Assembly: GCA_951406725.2 (NCBI GenBank)
Contig: OX597815.1
Location: 213,280,001-213,344,000 of the forward strand
Source: Octopus vulgaris
Taxonomy: Eukaryota
Direction: 5' to 3'
DNA: 64,000 nt
Shown here: piece by piece, positions 1-13,292 of the stretch
Layout: the number at the start of each line of letters is the position of its first letter
Numbering within the stretch: position 1 is the first letter of the stretch
Notes under the pieces: model-generated
Told to the model about the DNA's origin: nothing
Databases searched by the model: none
The model's input: only the letters and a program-made list of their open reading frames with translations
Position numbers and translations under genes: made by a program

Positions 1-117
1 AAACGCAATGTATTGCTCTAAGAATGACAAGAAGAGATATCGATTCAGATTATTGCTTTTTGTCAATATAAATGGAGGTAGAAGAGGAATCACCAAGGAA
101 GCTCGTTTGCATATTTT

Positions 118-545
118 GGAACTTTTTGGTTTGAACGGCAGTTTTTTTCTAGCGGTGTCATATGAAATTGTCACCCATAATTATGACCCTAGTATCGATC
201 TATTGCATGTCAATCTGTTTTAGGGTTAGGGTTAGTTAGGGTTATGGGTGGGGAAAGGGTATCTTTTTTTCTTCACAAATGTAAATAAACCCAATCTGTT
301 TCTTAAACGAGGGACATATTCATACGGCACAGAATGTTTTCACCTAAAATAGACGTCATTGATTGGTTGAAATTGCAGAAATTGAAGAAATAAAACAACA
401 AATATCTTACAAACTATAGAATTTTCTCAATAAAGCCAAGAGAAAAAGATGTTTTATAAACACATTCTACCAGTATACGAAGTTTAAAAGTGTTTAGTTA
501 AGTGGAAATTATTTTAAAAAACTGCCGTTCAAACCGAAAAGATCC
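118..545. mobile_element. MITE with ~27-bp terminal inverted repeats and internal TTAGGG-like repeats (copy 1)
   Basis: Ends are gga(a)ctttttggtttgaacggcagttt and aaactgccgttcaaaccgaaaagatcc. Contains tttagggttagggttagttagggtt at about 218-243. A second copy is at 37154-37555. Confidence 0.85.
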
Positions 546-1517
546 CATTTTTTTTTTATAACTACACACAAAGAAAGAAATTCTTAATATAACTCTGTTT
601 CTTTCTCGCCACCTTCCATCTATCTTGACAAAGGGCGAACTCATGAAACGTCACCCCCCCCCTTTCCTTCGCAGTGCAATACACTGTCGTGGTCTTCTTA
701 TTCGTTTTCCCAATTTCGTTTTTGTTCAAAATTTACCTCAAATGATGCGAATGGACATATTTCTATTTTATGAACATTTGTTAATGTAATTGTATGCGCG
801 CGTTTTCTATTTAAAAAAAAAAATAACCCAATCACGATACAATTATTTTAATTCAAACAATCCATGTACGTTTATAGAACCAGCATTTGCAAGGACTTTC
901 TTTCGAGGGAACTAATTTCCCCCACCTTTACGTTTAAAATTATAATTATGAAAACTTGTCTTTTGATTTTAAATAAATCTGCTGAATAGACATAATTCGA
1001 TATTTCTCGATTTTACATTCAGTAATTGGTGCATATCCTTAGTTTAGTATAAAAATACTTTATAATCTTAAGAAGCTACATTTATTAAACATTTTCAAAG
1101 TATTAAATTTAAATCTAATTAAAATTGAGAATGGTTAATTTTATTATAATAAAATAACAAAGGAACAAACAAATACTCAGACAAAAATACGAAATTAATG
1201 GCAGGTTCTGTATTTTAAATGGGGTCTGTCTTATATAAGAATATCCGGTGGTGATTTTGAAACGAAAACGAGATTAAAAGTATGGATAACTAAAAGTAAC
1301 ATAATTTTATAATTTCACTGTTGTTTCTTTGTTTACTGACTGCAAATGTTAATTTCATTGATAAAATATTATTGTACACTACAGATGTACTTTACGGAAT
1401 GAATTTCTAGCTATTGAGAATAAGTTTCATGTTTTAAGAATTGTGTATAAGACACCGATACGGACGTCCATAGATAGTACACTAAGTGTGATAAGGTATT
1501 CGTTTGGGAAAAGCAAG

Positions 1518-2544
1518 ATGGCCAACGAAGTGGTTCACGCTCCCAACAAAACATGGGAATTAACTTTATACGAGCTGCATCGGACACCCCAGGAACTTAT
1601 CACCGACAGTACAGAAATGGCTGTTTCTCCAAGGAGTTTACATAACGAGCTAATGTGTCCTATTTGTTTGGACATGTTGAAAACAACAATGACAACCAAG
1701 GAGTGTTTACATCGGTTTTGTCAAGAATGCATTATCACAGCATTACGTAGCGGCAACAAGGAATGCCCTACTTGTCGGAAAAAGCTTGTTTCTAAACGAT
1801 CCCTTCGCCCAGATCCGAATTTTGATGCCTTGATCTCTAAAATATATCCAAGTCGTGATGAATACGAAGCTCAACAACAGCGAGTGCTCGATAAATTAAA
1901 TCGACATCACAATTCGACAGCGCTTACCAACAGTATTGAAGAGGGTCTTCGACGACAAGCAGAGAACCGGGTTCAGAGGGTTCGGAAGCTTCCACTGGAA
2001 GGAGCTCCTGTCTACGATGCAGCTTTTCAAAACCAGCAAACCACTCCACTGACTTCTCCTCCTCAGTCGTCTCAACAGCAGCAGCTGCCGTCCAGCACCC
2101 CTGCTCCTCAACAACAACCATCTTTGTCTAACAACAATAATAGTACCAATAATAATAATAATAATAGTCACCACCATCATGCACAACAACAACAACAACA
2201 ACAGCAGCAGCAGCAACAGCAGCAACAACAGCATCATCATCATCAACAACAACATCACCAGTCATCACAACAACAGAGCACATCGTCATCGTCATCATCA
2301 TCATCATTGTCGTCATCAAACAATTCCGATGTGCTGAATACCACTCCAAGGAAACGACAGAAGACTTATTCGGATGACTCCAGTGCCGAGAATTCCGTCG
2401 GTGAAGGAAGTACCGAACAACAGCAATTGCAGGAGGCTACAGTCAGTGATATTGAACTCGTGTTCAAACCTCATCCACAGGATGGAGATGTTGTAGTTGA
2501 CCATTCCAACACCAGATACATCAAAACTACTGCTAACGCCACAG
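1518..2544 (+). CDS. RNF2: RING1/RNF2 (Sce) PRC1 E3 ubiquitin ligase, coding exon 1: N-terminus, C3HC4 RING finger, Q/N/H/S low-complexity linker, start of RAWUL domain
   Basis: ATG at 1518 in good context (gcaagATGG). Translation includes [14 protein letters not shown] and [73 protein letters not shown], recognisable as RING1A/B. It ends IELVFKPHP...[10 protein letters not shown] at a donor ACAG|gtaact (phase 1). Confidence 0.96.
2140..2317 (+). repeat. Coding trinucleotide repeats (AAT, CAA/CAG, CAT, TCA/TCG) giving polyN, Q16, polyH and polyS
   Basis: Read directly within exon 1. Confidence 0.95.
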
Positions 2545-5500
2545 GTAACTTTGCTTTCAACAAACCACACACATATTTTTGTTTTTGTATTGAAGATAAT
2601 TGCGATCTATAACTTGATTTTGTTATTTTGTTGATTAGTAGAACTAGTTTACACTCATTTTGCAATCATAAAAATTGCGGTTGTTTGGATCTCAGTCACT
2701 GATTTGAAATCACGTCTTTGTTATTTTAAATTTGCATTAAAACCAGCTGGAAAAGACATTTAAAGTTGAGTTCAGACTGCTCGGGTTAATTTGTATCTTG
2801 CTGTTATATAGAAAATATATGTAGGATAACGGGGGGGGGGGGACCACACAGACACACATGCTTCACAATCGAGTGAAAAATACTGGTTCATTTATACATT
2901 TTTTTCATTTAATATTCAGAGTTATATATGGTTAAGCATTGAAATCTTATATCTGATTATAAAATATATTTTTTATTGAATGATACATATTTGTACACTC
3001 AGTGTCTATCGATTATATTTCGCTAAATAGTGAAAAGAAAATGCAAAAAAAAAAAAAAAAAAATCTGCAAGTAGATATTTAAACAAAAGTAAACAAGGCA
3101 ACGAGTTTACTTGACGGAAATTCAGCTGAGTGTTATTTTATATACATGAACTGGTCCATATTTACTTGTGTCAACACTGATTTGGTCAAGGCTAAGAAAG
3201 TGGGCGTATTTGTTAACTTAAGTCTTGGAACCGTTCTAACAAAGTTTAAAAAAGACAAAAAAAAAACCAACAAAAAGACACTTGACAACTATCATCGATG
3301 ATTTCTTCCACACTTTATTCGCAGAAATATCACAGAGTACAACTTACAGTTGGTTATTGTTATCAAGTATCAGAGTTAAATAGTTTGAATTGAAATTTTA
3401 ACTTTAAAGGTCCTTTGATCCAATTTAGATTCTTCAGTTTTCTCTGGTGTTGTAGGAACAATGACTGTTGATCGAGTTCTCCACATTAACTGAGTTTGGG
3501 TAGGCTTTGGGTTGTTGTTTGATCGCTGCTGTACCTGTTGTCTCACACCTAGGGCGATATTATGTAGCAGCTGCCTTTCTCTCCCTTTTTCATAATTACA
3601 CTGGAACCATTGCTATATAAATTGACGGTGTTGAGTAGATCTCTCGGTTGGGATTCAACACTTTACATGAAGTTGTCATGGTAACATCCAAGTTGGACAT
3701 TGTTGTGGTTGTTGTCAAATTAACATAACATGAAAGTAAAATAGGGGAAAGTGAAAAGAAAAAATTGGTTCTGTTTGTGTCAATCTTTTTCATTGGACAG
3801 ACGCACGAGTTAGAAGGTTGCTTTGGACTTACAATTTAGGCCACAATACTGAACTGGGATAAGGGTATGACCTGAATGGTGGTTAAATGGTTCATCAAAA
3901 AGACTACTTCCCTTAACTATTTGGTAGAAACATTAAATACCTCCATGGCTTTTAGAGTATGAAATCGGCTGTCATACTTTGGCTAGAATCCTCCCTGTCC
4001 TTGAAGATTTTGGAGAAGTAGCTTACATTTGTGCGAACAAACACATCTCACTTTATCTAGAAATCAATATACTATTAGTGATTCATTTTCATGGATATCC
4101 CTATATTTTGAGTTTTAAACAGTTCACAAATTTAGATATTTTGTAGAGCTTAGTCAGATTGTAGGTCATTATAAAACAAAGTTATTTTGCAAGTGATTCA
4201 GTATTCCACAGATATGTGTAACCATAATTTAATTCTTAGGCAGAATCTCTTTGAATTACAAATTACAAATACTTTACATCTCATGAGCCTTCAGACAGTT
4301 TTTTCTGTATCTCATTATTTCTCAACTTGGGTCCATATGATTACTGGGGATCCATCTAAGATTTTGTGGGGTGGTTCATGCAGACAAAATAGTAAATTGG
4401 GACCCCATAGAAGCACATTAAGGGTGCATGAAAAGTGTTTTGCTTTAGATGTATTTATTGCAAGAAACAACCAAATTTCTTTTTACTAATGTCTTACATA
4501 GTTCAAACTACACAAGTTAATGTGCGATGAACAAAATAGGAATTTTGAAAGAAGTGTCTCTAAAACTAGTTTTTAAACATTGAGTGGCTATTTTATTTCA
4601 TCAGAATAATATAGTAATGAAAGGAGTCCATAGATAAAGAAAATGCTTAAGGACCACTGGTCTAACCAATTTCACTCTTAAGCCTATGCTAGAGGACATT
4701 TGTTTAAGGTGCCACACTTTAGAATTAAACTGACTCGAGCTCTTTACTCCTTATGGCACACAGGCCAACAATGACATTCTCTCCGCTGTTCCTGGGATAT
4801 CTTTTCTGCTTCTCTGCAGTTGGATTACTTCTGTATCATATGTTTCCCTGAGGGAAGACCTTCCTCTTCCAAGTCTTGTTGGTTTTGAATTGTCATTCAT
4901 GCTTCTGCAACTTATCTTTATTCTAGGCAGGGGGTTGGCACAATGTAAACCCATTTTTACGTTTGGGAAGAGGAGGACCATATTTGTTTGGTCTCTGTCC
5001 TTTGACCTGTCCAGCATAGGAGACCCTACCAGGAGTTTGTGGTTCACTAGCATAGCTCTAAGGGTCAGTGAGGCACACAAGCCATCACACCACAATAAGG
5101 TGGAAGATTACACTTTGTGTTTCATAATTGTGAATTGGATTTCTTAACCACTGCTGCTTTAATATTACTGTTGCAGCTGCTACACACACACACACACACA
5201 CACATTAAAAATGTTATTTAAATTAAAAGTATATCGCATTGTGAACATTAATTTCAAAATATTTATAAAAGATAATTTAGTATTAACTGATGTTGAAGAT
5301 TAATATCAGATATCAGCTAATTTCTTGCCTGCTCTACATTACTATCCATTGTAATGAATTTACCTATCTGTTTGGCGTATATTCTTAGTCATCCTAGCCT
5401 GTCCTGGTTATTTTCATATTCTTTTAGTATTTCTTGTTGGCTCTGAGTTGAGAAGTTCCTGAATTATTATTTTGGTTGTAGTTTTGTGTTTCTTTCCTGG

Positions 5501-5934
5501 AGAAGTGATCTGTTAGTTCTGCTTAAAAAGTTGTAAATGATTCATTAAAATTTCAACCCAGTCTGTCAGCTAAAGGGTTTACCATTCATATTCTTTTATC
5601 TCTTTGTGCTATCAGCAATGTCATTAACTCCTGCTAGTTCATGCATGGTAATTAGGTACCATGTAAAGTCACTGCACATTGATTTAAGTAGTGAGTGTAT
5701 TGTATAAGTAATAATTGTGTTCATTTTGTTACCTCGAAGTGGTTGGTTATTGCAGAAGAAATGAATAATGACATTTTTAATTATGATCCAAGAAATGCTG
5801 GAAACCATTTCACCTGGAGTTGAAGGAACAATCAGTCAAGATGTACTAAAAATTTTAAGATTTGAACTAAGTTCTTTGTTTGATCTTGGGATGAAAAAAT
5901 TAGTGATGTTTGTTTGTATTGGATAAAAGATAAA

Positions 5935-6212
5935 GACTCCCTTTGGTGATGAATGACCATTGGATTGCATCTAGAAAGTTCCCCTCTGAGGCACAAGTCC
6001 GGGCAAGGTTGCTTGTGGAGGCCCCCCTCTCCTCTCCACTGGCAAAGGGGCCGATACAGCTTGGCACCAGTGATGTCGCAAATCATTTCTACAGCTGAGA
6101 GAACTGGAGCGATGTGAAATAAAGTGTCTTACTCGAGAACACAACTCACAAAGCCTAGTCCAGGAATCAAACTCATAACCTCATGATTGCGAGCCCAACA
6201 CTCTAACTACTT
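5935..6212 (-). mobile_element. tRNA-derived SINE (same family as 20367-20700)
   Basis: Reverse complement shares the tRNA-like head and the body gacactttatttcac...ctcagctgtagaaatga...cactggtgccaagctgta with the 20367 copy. Confidence 0.7.
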
Positions 6213-6363
6213 AACGAGTTGTATAATTAGATTCTGATGTACACTTAATCATCGTTTGATTCAGATTACAAATGAAGTAAACAATCAGTAATTGCCTAAA
6301 TGTCTGAGACGTATTATTGTTAATGTGATTATTATTTTCTTTAGAGATGAAATTTTTATTTAA

Positions 6364-6583
6364 CCCTTTCATTACCAACCCGGCTGAAACCGGTTCGGGC
6401 TCGGAGTACAAATGTCTTGTCTTCATAAGTTTTGAATTAAAATCTTCCACGAAACCTTAATTGCAATTTATGTTCCTAATGCTAGCTTAATGATAACGAA
6501 GTTATTTTACTAATCTCTTTGTTTTATTTAAAGTAATTAAAAGAAACACAGAGCATCTCAAAATAAATACAGTAATGAAAGGG
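6364..6583. mobile_element. piggyBac-type MITE
   Basis: TTAA on both sides and 12-bp TIRs ccctttcattac / gtaatgaaaggg. Confidence 0.8.
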
Positions 6584-8688
6584 TTAATATTTACATCTGA
6601 TGATGATAATTATGTTGACATTTACACTGCATTTTGATTGGTTTGATCTCTGATCGTCAAAGTGTCTTATTCCTGGATATATGTACTAGACTGGATTTCA
6701 AGTAGGGACCTATATTTCTAAACTAAGGATAGTAAGTGCTCTTATCAGCTAGGCTACTTATGAATATATATTTATTGTTGTGCTTTTAACTTATTTAAAT
6801 TTTTGCTTTTCCCTTCACCCACCCATATTAAGCTGATGTCTTGCTCTGACTGCCTGTAGTAAAAAATAAATTCAAATAAGCTATAAAAATGTCACATTAA
6901 ATGTCTGTACATCTTTAGCATGTGCATAAGAATATTATAACCCTAGGTTTAGAAACAGAAGTTTCTAGTCCTAATCCTGTTTGGTACTATGTACACATCC
7001 AAGAAAAAGAACTCTGATGATGATTGGAGATGAAACCAGTTGTGTCATAGTTTGGATGCAATTATCAAAACGCTGTTCTTCATATCTAAAAGCGAAATTA
7101 ATTGCTCAAAAACTTATAATTGTTCTAAAAATAGTCATGTATTTCAAAACGTACATCAAATTGACTCCAGTAATGATTCTTATGATAATTCTTTGTTTGG
7201 ATGACCAGTAAAATTCTTTAAATTCTATAGTTTTTAATGTTTAGAAATTTTCTGTTAAATTTTCGTGTTTTTGAAAAGAATTTTCTTGGAAATATTTTTT
7301 TCTTCATAACTTTGGTATTTTGTTCTTTCTTTCCTTCTCTCTCAGAAGCTACCTGAAACTGTCTAAAATGTTCAAGTTTTCTCTATGCATATCAGTCTAT
7401 AGACATTTAAGCTACAAACACCAATTCACCGGCAAATAGGGATCTGTGAATATTAAAAGTGAACATCAACCACATCAATTTCACTAGTCTAAGAAGGGCC
7501 AGTAAGGGCCATAGCCACTGCCTCCTCCTACTTGTTTTTGCTGCTTTATACAAAAGAAATATGAACATTTTCCTCATTGATTTTTACCTGTCACTTACCT
7601 GTTTTCTGTTTGAGCTTTTGTCAGTTTTGACTGAGCAGACCTATGATAAAACATATTCAAACCATAACCAGTCTTCTCTTAGTCATTGTGTATCTAGGAC
7701 TATATTATACAATGTGTGTTTCCCTTTTCAAACCAGTCGGATGTAATCTGATGGGAATTTGGCTGCTGTTTCCTGTTGGTTCCTCTTGTATAACTGTAAA
7801 GTCTGGTGATGGTTCCAGTGGTGCCAGACAAGATGGATTTGGTCATTGCTAACTAAAGAGATTAACTATCAGCCTTTTTAGAATACTGAGTGTGTTGTAT
7901 TATAAAATGAAGAGAGGATTAGGTTTATTTGATTTTGCCTTTGATCTTCTGTTGCTGTTGTTTAGCCCCTGGTCAACACCAATTGAGCAGACTTATAATC
8001 AAAGGCTTTCCACTTATTGCCATCTTGTCTTTTTGTGGGATATCTTGTATTCCATTATCTAATATGCTCTTCCCATTTCTTTTTAAAGAAAATAAACTGA
8101 GCCATTGAGAATTGTCATGGGCAGATACATAGTTCAGTACTTGTGGCAGGATAAGAATAGTTGATGTTTCAACAAGGATATGATAGAAACAATAGGCTGA
8201 CACCCTTGAACTGCACTTTTGTGAAACTGAGAATCATATAATGTCTAAATCTAAGGCTCAAGTTTGAAAAATAGATGTATTTTAATTTCTTTTGGCATTT
8301 TCACATTTGGCTTTGTGTTGGTTTTTCTCTGCATTCCAATCACTTGGAATTTTATTATGGTTATTTCACTTTTTAGAGCTGAAGATACATGGATGATTAC
8401 CACGTGTGTGTATGTGTGTGTTTGTGTGTGAGTAGAGAGAAAGAGAGAGAGGAAGTAGCTTCAAAACAAACTTTATTCCAATTATATTTGTAAGTAATCA
8501 AATGGACTTGAATAAATCAATATAGTGTCACTAAATAAGTTAATTGACTGTGGATAATAGCTTTAACCTGTTTCTATAGACCTGAAATACTAAAGAGGAT
8601 TTCCTGCTTTGAGTTGCTATCACCTCTGACCTAGTCTTACAGAAAGCTTGGGTTTGTTATGTATTTGTTTATGCATCATGGAAATATA

Positions 8689-8892
8689 GGAGGGGCTGCT
8701 GAAAAGTTCCTGGCTTTGGAAGCATCACTTAATTAGGATTTTATTCAACATATCCCCTCTCTCAGATTCACACACTTATTGCAGCGGTCCTTCAGTTTTT
8801 CTAAGCCCTGTAAAAGAACTTGGAAGTTGTGGCCTCCAACTAGGCCTTCCCTGCTACTCTTAAAGCCAGGAATTTTTCAGCGACCCCTTTTG
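8689..8892. mobile_element. mariner-like MITE
   Basis: Imperfect TIRs aggggctgctgaaaagttcctggcttt / aaagccaggaatttttcagcgacccct with TA nearby on both sides. A partial copy is at about 11030-11110. Confidence 0.65.
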
Positions 8893-9010
8893 TACTCCAA
8901 CTGTAATGGTGTTTCATTGATGTAAGCCATCTTTGAAAATTAAGTTAAACTGTGACTATTGTTTGCTTTGTATTTTATATATTAACCGTTTGTTTTCTTT
9001 CGTTTTTCAG

Positions 9011-9058
9011 TTGATCACCTATCCAAGTACCTAGCTATTAGACTGTCTGTTGAAAATG
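9011..9058 (+). CDS. RNF2: RING1/RNF2 coding exon 2 (48 nt, RAWUL domain)
   Basis: Acceptor tttctttcgtttttcag| and donor G|gtaagt. Splicing from exon 1 gives (T)VDHLSKYLAIRLSVEN, matching the RING1B motif TVDHLSKYLA.RL. Not in the ORF track. Confidence 0.93.
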
Positions 9059-11449
9059 GTAAGTACTTTCTCAATATTTGTTAAAAGCAGCTGCTCCTGT
9101 TTGGTCCACGGTCAGCCCTAATCTAGCAGGGCAATGATCAAAAGGGGTTTAGCCTTAAACATCTCATTAGTTTTATTTATTTATTTTAGAAATGTCTTTC
9201 TACATTTGTTATCCAATGTGCCCTTTCTTTTCTAAAACAGTAGGTGTGTATTAAGGGAGATTTCTCTGCTATTTCTAGCAAGTCAAAGTGACCACATAGA
9301 GGATCTATTGTTCACTTATGTTAGAATTAGTTGAGTAAACTGGGAAGTTATTTTTATGTAGTGAATAATATTTCAAAGAGAAATAGTTGTTCATGTTTGG
9401 ACATGTAATGCAAATATATATATATTAGTTGAAGAATTAAGTAGAGGTAGACAAGTTAGTTCAAGCCTTCAAATATTAGGCCAGGCATTAAATGATACAA
9501 AATTGAGTCATTGAAATAGGTTCTGTCTTTTTCCCGATGTTAATGTAGAAATATATGTGTATATGTATTAAAATAGACAATGGCAGTGATTGTGATATTT
9601 CAGTGTTGGGTTATTGTCTACATCTTCATGAGATGAAATTTTGCTACAAGCATTCTATTATTTCTCTAGATGAGCCATATAACTCTGCTTGCTTAAATTT
9701 ACCAACCTGAAAATAGATGTCACCACAGCTTCATAAACAAGTTGCTAGTCATGGAAAGATTATTTGACTGTAAAAACTTGTGCAACCATGTAAAACTGGT
9801 AACAAGCATCACAATTTTTATTTCAGTTAGTTTTCTATTCTGGTATCATCAAATTTTTTATATATATTGGGATAGTTTGGATGGGTCTTACTACAGCTCA
9901 ACACTTGTCAAGGTCTTTCATCATCTTGCATAGACAGACAGTAAGAGAACCTGGGACCTTTATTATAAAGTTATATTTTTGACATAGCTCTTATGGCTAG
10001 GGACCTCTTCTTTCACCAGCTTTTTTACAGTGTGGACTGGGTGTATTTTCTCTTGCCAGTATAAAAGAACTCGAATATCTTTATTCAGAGTTACTGTTCT
10101 CCCAGGTGTGTTACCTTCAATGCAGTTGCAGAATCCAAATCTTTGTTAATTTCTTTTCTTTTTTTTTCTTTTTGGTATGGTTTTTACAGTATAATGCATT
10201 TCCTATAATCAACCACTTTACCATGTGCATCATTCCACCGACCGTAGAGAGGCTGTCTCTGATAAGACTAAAAAGATCCTTCAACCTTACATTGCCTTTA
10301 TTTGTTCTTGGATATCAGCCAATCTGCCACAACCCTTCCCTTGTATTTCGCTCCGTCATTGCTACACTCACCTCTGTCCTGCCCACCCACTTCAAACCTC
10401 TCTATCACCTCACTTATGCTCACCACCCTCAGTGTCTCTCAAGGGCATGTCTCGACACACTTTCGCCACAATTTTCCTCACTATTGCCCTCTTTATTCCA
10501 CTCCCTCACTCACCTGTTCTTTTTATCTTACTCTCTACCTTGCTCTCCAACTGGGGTATCCGTGTATCTACTCTAGAGCAAGACGCCTATCCTTGTCCCT
10601 CTATACCTTTAATCCCCCCCATACACACACTACTCCCCCATCCCAGCCAAGGAATTTTGTCATGCTTGTTGCTTGGTGGCCCTGTTGGTACTGGTGGCCC
10701 TGTAAAAAGCATCCACTCTGTCAGGTGGTTGGTGTTAGGAAGGGCAGAGAGCTGTAGAAACCATGCCAAAGCAGACGATGGAGTATTAACAGCTCCTGTC
10801 AGACCATCCAACCAATGCCAGCATGGAATAACAGACATTCAATGTTGATCTAAATGCCTAAACTAAATTGGGAAATAAAGTATTTGGAAATCACATTTAT
10901 TATTCATAACAACGAGGCAGCTACACACATCAATAATACTTTACATCTTGATGATGAAGCTGAATGGATTTTGTAACTTTATTGTTCCAAACTAACTGCA
11001 AAAGAATAATGCAAATATATACATATATCAGGAGGGGGTGGGGCTGAAAAGTTCCTGGCTTTAAGGGTATTGTGAAAGGCCTGGTTGGAGGCCCTACCTT
11101 CTAAGTCCTTTTACATATATATATATTTGTTCTAACCTCTCATCTGGCACAGAGCCACCTCCCCCAACACTACTCTCCCCTTAGTTGAGGGGGTCTTTTT
11201 AAAATTTACTGTTTGGTAAACCCATTGCTGCTGGTGCCACATGGAAAAGAATCCGGTACATTCTGTAAAGTGGATGGCATTAGGAAGGACACCCAGGTGT
11301 GGACGACACCATGCTTAATCAGACAACAGAGCTTGGCATGGTCTTCTGAATTGTCGGCTTCTGTTAAGTTGTCCAACCCATGCCAGCATGCAAAACGGAC
11401 TTTAAATGATGAGGATGATTATATGTATATATATACATATATATACATA

Positions 11450-11503
<54 letters not shown>

Positions 11504-11514
11504 TATACATATAA

Positions 11515-11810
11515 GGTGCAGAGTAGCTGTGTGGTAGGTAGCTTGCTTACCAGCCGCATGGTCCTGGGTTCAGTCCCACTGTGTGGCATCTTGGGCAAGT
11601 GTCTTCTACAATAGCCTCGGGCCGACCAAAGCCTTGTGAGTGGATTTGGTAGATGAAAACTGAAAGAAGCCCTTCGTATATATATATATATGTGTGTGTC
11701 TGTGTTTGTCCCTCCAACATCGCTTGACAACTGATGCTGGTGTGTTTTGCTTGACTAAAGGCAGTGCTCCAGCCTGGCTGCAGTCAAATGACTGAAATAA
11801 GTAAAAGAGT
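11515..11810 (+). mobile_element. Abundant tRNA-derived SINE family A (internally deleted copy)
   Basis: Head gtgtggtaggtagcttgcttacc...gggttcagtcccactg, core cttgggcaagtgtcttct, internal (TA/TG)n, tail gactgaaataagtaaaagagt. Many copies in the window. Confidence 0.8.
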
Positions 11811-12407
11811 ATTTATATATATATATATATGTATATCATCATCATCATCATTGTTTAACATCCGCTTTCCATGGTAGCATGTATACATATAAACTCTAAA
11901 TAAGAAAGGTAAAACTTGAACATAGTTGTGTTTTCAGCCATACATATATATATATATATATATGTGTGTATATGTCTTTTGTTGATGCATGTTTGTGAAG
12001 AATGTAAACGTTGGTGAAAAATTAGTGCTCTTTGAATAAATTGTTTTACACTGAGTTACAGACACCTCCTTGTTATTCTCACTGTCAGAAATACAGTGAA
12101 CCAGTGGTTGGTCCATTGGAGACCTATAACCAATAACATCAGGTTGGTTCTACAGATATTCTATGGAAATTATAGCCAGATTTTTGCTACAACATTTCAC
12201 CTCAAGACGTCAGATATAAACAATGAGATTGAAGACAAAAGGGGGCATTGAGTGTATATGCCATATTCGGGGGTTTTTGCCCCTTCATCAACACCCATCT
12301 AACCCATTCTTGCCTCCAAACACATTGCTTATATGGCCACCGCATACAGTGGTGTTAGGTTATTGGATATACCTATTTACATATTAAACACATTCCTGGA
12401 ACTGGTA

Positions 12408-12750
12408 TCATCATCATCATCGTTTAACGTCTGCTTTCCATGCTAGCATGGGTTGGATGATTTAACTGAGGACTGGCAAACCAGATGGCTGCACCAGGCT
12501 TCAATCTTGATCTGGCAGAGTTTCTACAGCTGGATGCCCTTCCTAATGCCAACCACTCCGAGAGTGTAGTGGGTGCTTTTACATGCCACTGGCACAGGGA
12601 CCAGTCAGGCATTACTGGCAACAGCCACACTCAAATGGTGTATTTTACATGCCACCTGCACAGGAGTCAGTCCAGCGGCACTGGCAAACGACCTCACTTG
12701 AATGTTTTTTCACATGCTACTAGCACAAGTGCCAGTAAGGTGATGCTGGT
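12408..12750 (-). mobile_element. SINE family B with (GAT)n tail and probable 7-bp target-site duplication ctggtat
   Basis: Core gtttctacagctggatgcccttcctaatgccaaccactcc. Other copies at about 10680, 11220, 16420, 27830, 31930, 32425, 47830 and 62275. Flanked by ctggtat on both sides. Confidence 0.8.
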
Positions 12751-12896
12751 ATGTAAGCATTAATGACTTGTAGGTACATGGTATTTCGTTCTGCAATCAT
12801 AATATACTGTAAAGTATATTAAATGTTTTTACAAGTCAGTACCACGTTCTACTGCATTAGCAGTGCTTTTTACATTATTTTGTTAAGGTTAGTTCT

Positions 12897-13292
12897 GGAG
12901 TGACTGTGTGGTAAGTAGCTTGCTAACCAACCACATGGTTCCGGGTTCAGTCCCACTGTGTGGCATCTTGGGCAAGTGTCTTCTGCTATAGCCCCGGGCC
13001 GACCAATGCCTTGTGAGTGGATTTGGTAGACGGAAACTGAAAGAAGCCTTTCGTATATATGTATATATATATGTATGTGTGTTTGTTTGTGTATCTGTGT
13101 TTGTCCCCCTAGCATTGCTTGACAACCGATGCTGGTGTGTTTACGTCCCCATAACTTAGCGGTTCGGCAAAAGAGACCGATAGAATAAGTAGTAGGCTTA
13201 CAAAGAATAAGTCCTGGGGTCGAGTTGTTCGATTAAAGGCGGTGCTCCAGCATGGCCGCAGTCAAATGACTGAAACTAGTAAAAGAGTAAGA
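12897..13292 (+). mobile_element. SINE family A, near full length
   Basis: Same head, core and tail as the other family A copies. Confidence 0.85.

Noticed and set aside
218-243. Telomere or chromosome-fusion site
   Set aside because: Only a few repeat units, and they lie inside a TIR element present twice in the window.
625-653. Hammerhead-like remnant ttgacaa-agggcgaactcat-gaaacgtca
   Set aside because: The core deviates from CUGANGA and no stem I is evident. It may be a decayed Penelope end but cannot be supported as a ribozyme.
1443-1517. N-terminal extension of the 389-aa ORF, and its continuation past 2544
   Set aside because: It starts at a non-ATG codon and family similarity begins at ATG 1518. 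The 2545-2612 part is intron, following a GT donor.
1896-2349. Antisense poly-Leu/Met/Val ORFs
   Set aside because: Shadows of the trinucleotide repeats in RING1 exon 1.
10106-10848. Overlapping 150-207 aa ORFs in the RING1 intron
   Set aside because: Pyrimidine-rich decayed repeat plus SINE sequence with no recognisable domain.
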